Assembly (NCBI GenBank): GCA_964609935.1 | Contig: CAZSUQ010000001.1 | Span: 1 to 28,361, forward strand | DNA length: 28,361 nucleotides | Direction: 5' to 3' | Source of the DNA: an uncultured Thermodesulfobacteriota bacterium | Lineage (GTDB): Bacteria > Desulfobacterota > DSWW01 | In this document: positions 25,548 to 28,361 of the stretch, in pieces | How positions within the stretch are numbered: position 1 is the first letter of the stretch | Layout of the letters: every line of letters begins with the position of its first letter | Translations under genes and position numbers: made by a program | The notes under the pieces: generated by a model | The model's input: only the letters and a program-made list of their open reading frames with translations | What the model was told of the DNA's origin: nothing | Database searches by the model: none

Positions 25548-26306
25548 CTATTCAACCCTGCCTCCAAAAGCGAAGATCGTCCCCTGAATGATGGGCGTGA
25601 TGGCCGCGATCTGCTCGAACGTGAAGTAGGCGCCGCGTATCCTGTGGGTGCTTTTTCGATATTCCCGTGCGTGTTCTTCTGACCAGAAGAATACACACTT
25701 CTGTCAGAACGCGTGGATGATGCTCGGGTCCTCCAGCGCGTAGAGGTCCACATCCGGTACAAAGACGAGGGGATCCGCCCCCTGCTCCCTGACGCTGTAT
25801 TTGAGCTCACTGTCTATTTCCACGTGCATCTGCCGGGAGCAGTGAGCGCATTCCGTCCCCACCAGGACCGAAAGGGGCTCTCCACGCAATTGCCCTTGCA
25901 CGAAGGGCGACGCAAACGCGTCGGCCGCTCAGGCCGCGTAGAGCTGTTCCCCCGTGCTGAACGTGAGGTGGTGCGGCGTGGGTTCAACGGTCACCGGATA
26001 CGCCCAGACGACTTCCCCTTCACGGTTTCGGTAGAGGAACGTCATGTGCGCTTCCATCTCTGCCAGGATCTCGGGAACGCGTTCCGCGGGCATTCCCAGG
26101 TTGTCGGCGATGAATCCCGGCGATAGGGGTTGCCCGGCACGGGGAAGCTCCCTGACGACAAAATGATGAACCGTCCGATGTTCATCGGTCATGAACCCGG
26201 TTTCGGCATCGATTTTCTTCTTCATTCTGTGAATCTGTTTCTTCCAGAGGGTCGGCGGAACCTGGAGCATGATCCTCCAGAATCCGCTCATGAGCTTGTT
26301 GCTCAT
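25548..26306 (-). CDS. MerB (alkylmercury lyase)-like protein with two predicted selenocysteines (U126, U201), 252 aa
   Basis: One frame runs from ATG 26306 to TAG 25550-25548, with in-frame TGA at 25931-25929 (LYAA-U-AAD) and 25706-25704 (HAF-U-QKCVFFWS). These align with MerB LYAWCALD and SFCCHVHFF. SECIS-like hairpins follow both TGAs. Confidence 0.82.
25669..25698 (-). promoter_or_regulatory. Bacterial SECIS-like element after the second UGA
   Basis: UGA-CAGAA-GUGUG-(UA bulge)-UUCUUCU-[GGUC]-AGAAGAA-CACGC. The upper stem starts 12 nt after UGA and the apical loop contains GGU. Confidence 0.75.
25884..25921 (-). promoter_or_regulatory. Bacterial SECIS-like element after the first UGA
   Basis: Upper stem GCCCUU-[CGUGC]-AAGGGC with its loop 26 nt after UGA, and lower stem ACGCG/UGCGU. 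A competing hairpin GACGC-GUUU-GCGUC is possible. Confidence 0.55.
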
Positions 26307-27670
26307 GGCATGTCTCCCCTTGTTGAGAATCGCAGTACAACAAAGCCAAGTACAGCAGAAAGGATGGACGCTGCAAAGATACCCACCTTGGAGTACATGA
26401 GCATCTGAGGGTCTTCAAAGGCCAGGCCGTTGATGAACAGGGCCATGGTGAAGCCGATCCCAGCCAGACAGGCTACTCCAGCGATCATGGTCCAGGTAAC
26501 CCCCTTTGGAATCTCCGCGAGGCCGAGTCTGGCGGCACACCATGAAAAGAGAAAGATTCCCACAGGCTTTCCGAGCAAGAGCCCGAGGAAGACGCCCATG
26601 GGTAACGGATTGGAAATCAACATCGTCAGGTTCACATCCGTGAGATGAACACCTGCATTGGCAAAGGCAAAGACAGGGATCACGACGAAGCTGATCCAGG
26701 GATGGAGGTCATGAACAAGCCGGTTCAGGGGGGAGATGGCGCGCGTGATGTCCCGGGCTTCCTTCACCAGATCCGGGGCGCTCTCCGGGTGGACGAGTTC
26801 CTGGTCATGATCTACCCGTACGGACTGAACAACCTTGTCGGTGAGTCTTTGCAGGGAGTCGGCAAGAACCGGTGGCCGGACCCAGTTTTCAAGGGGTGTG
26901 AGAAGCCCCAGAAGGACGCCGGAGATGGTGGGGTGAATGCCGGACTTGAGGAACGAAAGCCACACCAGGAAACCCACGGCGCCGCTGACCCAGATTCGCC
27001 GCACGCCGATGTACCGGACAAGGACCATGAGGCCGAAAGAGAGGGCCGCTGCACCCAGGGCCAGGCCGGAAAGCTGCTCGGTGTAGAAGAAGGCGATCAC
27101 CAGGACCGCGCCCAGGTCGTCCACGATGGCCAGGGCGAGAAGAAAGACCTTGAGCGAGACAGGCAGGCTCCGGGTGAGGAGTACCAGGATCCCCACGGCA
27201 AAGGCGATGTCCGTGGCCATGGGAATGCCCCAGCCCTTTGCGCCGGGTTCGCCGAGATTGAACAGGAGAAAGATGGCCGCCGGAAGGATCATCCCGCCCA
27301 GGGCCGCGGCAATGGGCAGAACCGCCTTCTTGGGTGTGGAGAGCTCGCCGATGGTGAGCTCCCTTTTGATCTCCATCCCGATGAAAAAGAAGAACAGGGT
27401 CATGAGGGCGTCGTTGATCCAGTGAACCAGGGTGTTGTCCAGGACAAAAGATCCGATCTGGAGCTTGCATCGCATGTGAATGAGATGGTGGTACGATTCC
27501 CACCAGGGGGAGTTGGCCCAGATCAGTGCGGCACCCGTGCTGAGCAGGAGAAGGATGCCCCCCGCGGACTCGGTCCGGAGGAACTGCTCCACCGGATAGG
27601 CAAGGTACTGAACCGCTTTTGCAACCGTGTGGTCAGGGCCTGACTCGATGTCGTTTTTCGTGTCTTTCAT
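26303..27670 (-). CDS. nhaA: Na+/H+ antiporter NhaA (455 aa)
   Basis: HWINDALMTLFFFFIGMEIKRE, GWGIPMATDIAF, LAIVDDLGA, GKPVGI and GIGFTMALFI. AGGAAGGA precedes ATG 27670. Confidence 0.96.
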   Translation of the reverse strand: MKDTKNDIESGPDHTVAKAVQYLAYPVEQFLRTESAGGILLLLSTGAALIWANSPWWESYHHLIHMRCKLQIGSFVLDNTLVHWINDALMTLFFFFIGMEIKRELTIGELSTPKKAVLPIAAALGGMILPAAIFLLFNLGEPGAKGWGIPMATDIAFAVGILVLLTRSLPVSLKVFLLALAIVDDLGAVLVIAFFYTEQLSGLALGAAALSFGLMVLVRYIGVRRIWVSGAVGFLVWLSFLKSGIHPTISGVLLGLLTPLENWVRPPVLADSLQRLTDKVVQSVRVDHDQELVHPESAPDLVKEARDITRAISPLNRLVHDLHPWISFVVIPVFAFANAGVHLTDVNLTMLISNPLPMGVFLGLLLGKPVGIFLFSWCAARLGLAEIPKGVTWTMIAGVACLAGIGFTMALFINGLAFEDPQMLMYSKVGIFAASILSAVLGFVVLRFSTRGDMP

Positions 27671-27693
27671 GGTCCTTCCTGAGGTGCAAGTCT

Positions 27694-28361
27694 CTACATC
27701 AACCAGCCTGCGGCACTCCGGGCGATATCCAGGAACGGCGCAGGATAGATCCCTGCCGTGACCAGCAGGGCGATCATGCCCCATGTCAGCAGCTTGGTGG
27801 CCAAGGAGAGCTGAAGCGGGGGCAAGGCTTCATCCCCTTCCAGGAGGTAGGCGGCCCGGATGATCATGAGGTAATAGTAGAGCGAGATGACCACGTTGAA
27901 CATAGCGATGAAGACCAGGGCAAGGTGTCCCTGCTCGATGGCCGCAAGAAAGATCACGAGCTTGCCTGTGAAGCCCATCGTGGGTGGGATGCCGGCCAGG
28001 CTGAAGGCGCTCACCATGAGGGCCAGTGCCAGAAGGGGGGAGCGATGATGGAGCCCGGCAAGTTGATCGATCCGAAGGTTGTCCCCGCCGGAGGCCACCT
28101 TCACCACCACGAGGAAGAAGGTGAACTGCATCACCATGTATGCCAGGGCATAGAAGAGGGTCCCGGTGAAGCCGTCCCGGCTCATGCAGAGGATCCCGAT
28201 CAGGATGTAGCCCGCATGGGCGATGCTCGAATAGGCCAGAAGCCGCTTCAGGTCCTTCTGAACGATGGCCACAAGGTTCCCCAGGGTCATGGAGACAACG
28301 GACAGGGTCACCAGGATGTGGGTGAGGAAGGAGCTCTGGCCGCCCACGAGCGAGACCATGC
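27694..28361 (-). CDS. nuoN: NADH-quinone oxidoreductase subunit N (C-terminal part; 5' end outside the window)
   Basis: GNLVAIVQKDLKRLLAYSSIAHAGY, SLAGIPPTMGFTGK and VISLYYYL. Confidence 0.88.
   Translation of the reverse strand, partial: MVSLVGGQSSFLTHILVTLSVVSMTLGNLVAIVQKDLKRLLAYSSIAHAGYILIGILCMSRDGFTGTLFYALAYMVMQFTFFLVVVKVASGGDNLRIDQLAGLHHRSPLLALALMVSAFSLAGIPPTMGFTGKLVIFLAAIEQGHLALVFIAMFNVVISLYYYLMIIRAAYLLEGDEALPPLQLSLATKLLTWGMIALLVTAGIYPAPFLDIARSAAGWLM

Noticed and set aside
25473-25550. In-frame continuity between the MerB-like gene and the glycosyltransferase (possible fusion)
   Set aside because: It would need read-through of a TAG and a further TGA, and the linker has no domain-like character. 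There is a one-in-three chance of sharing a frame.
25704-25901. Stand-alone 65-aa ORF, or a pseudogene reading of the MerB-like locus
   Set aside because: Both breaks are TGA at catalytic Cys positions with SECIS-like hairpins and no frameshifts, so recoding explains the data better than decay.
1-28361. CRISPR arrays, IS/transposases, integrases, rRNA and tRNA genes
   Set aside because: No regularly spaced direct repeats, transposase or integrase motifs, or structured RNA genes were recognised by eye. A covariance-model search was not run.

Overview
GC-rich bacterial chromosomal window. Its gene content (flavodiiron protein, iron-sulfur flavoprotein, DUF362, selenocysteine recoding, CTERM-anchored surface proteins) suggests an anaerobic deltaproteobacterium-like organism; this is an inference. 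The left part holds a Nif11-like peptide, a cold-shock gene, a non-canonical radical SAM gene coupled to an EEP lipoprotein, and a run of exported or anchored hydrolase-type proteins with TetR and IclR regulators. The right part holds thiO-thiS-thiG-thiE plus an iron-sulfur flavoprotein, fprA, a TIGR04283-type glycosyltransferase, and the end of a nuo operon (nuoN, nhaA). The strongest discovery is hidden from the ORF track. Minus-strand 25548..26306 is one 252-codon MerB (organomercurial lyase)-like reading frame interrupted by two in-frame TGA codons. They fall at the positions of MerB's two catalytic cysteines, and each is followed by a SECIS-like hairpin. This points to a two-selenocysteine MerB-like enzyme, translationally coupled to nhaA and outside any mer operon. 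No CRISPR array, tRNA, rRNA or mobile element was seen.
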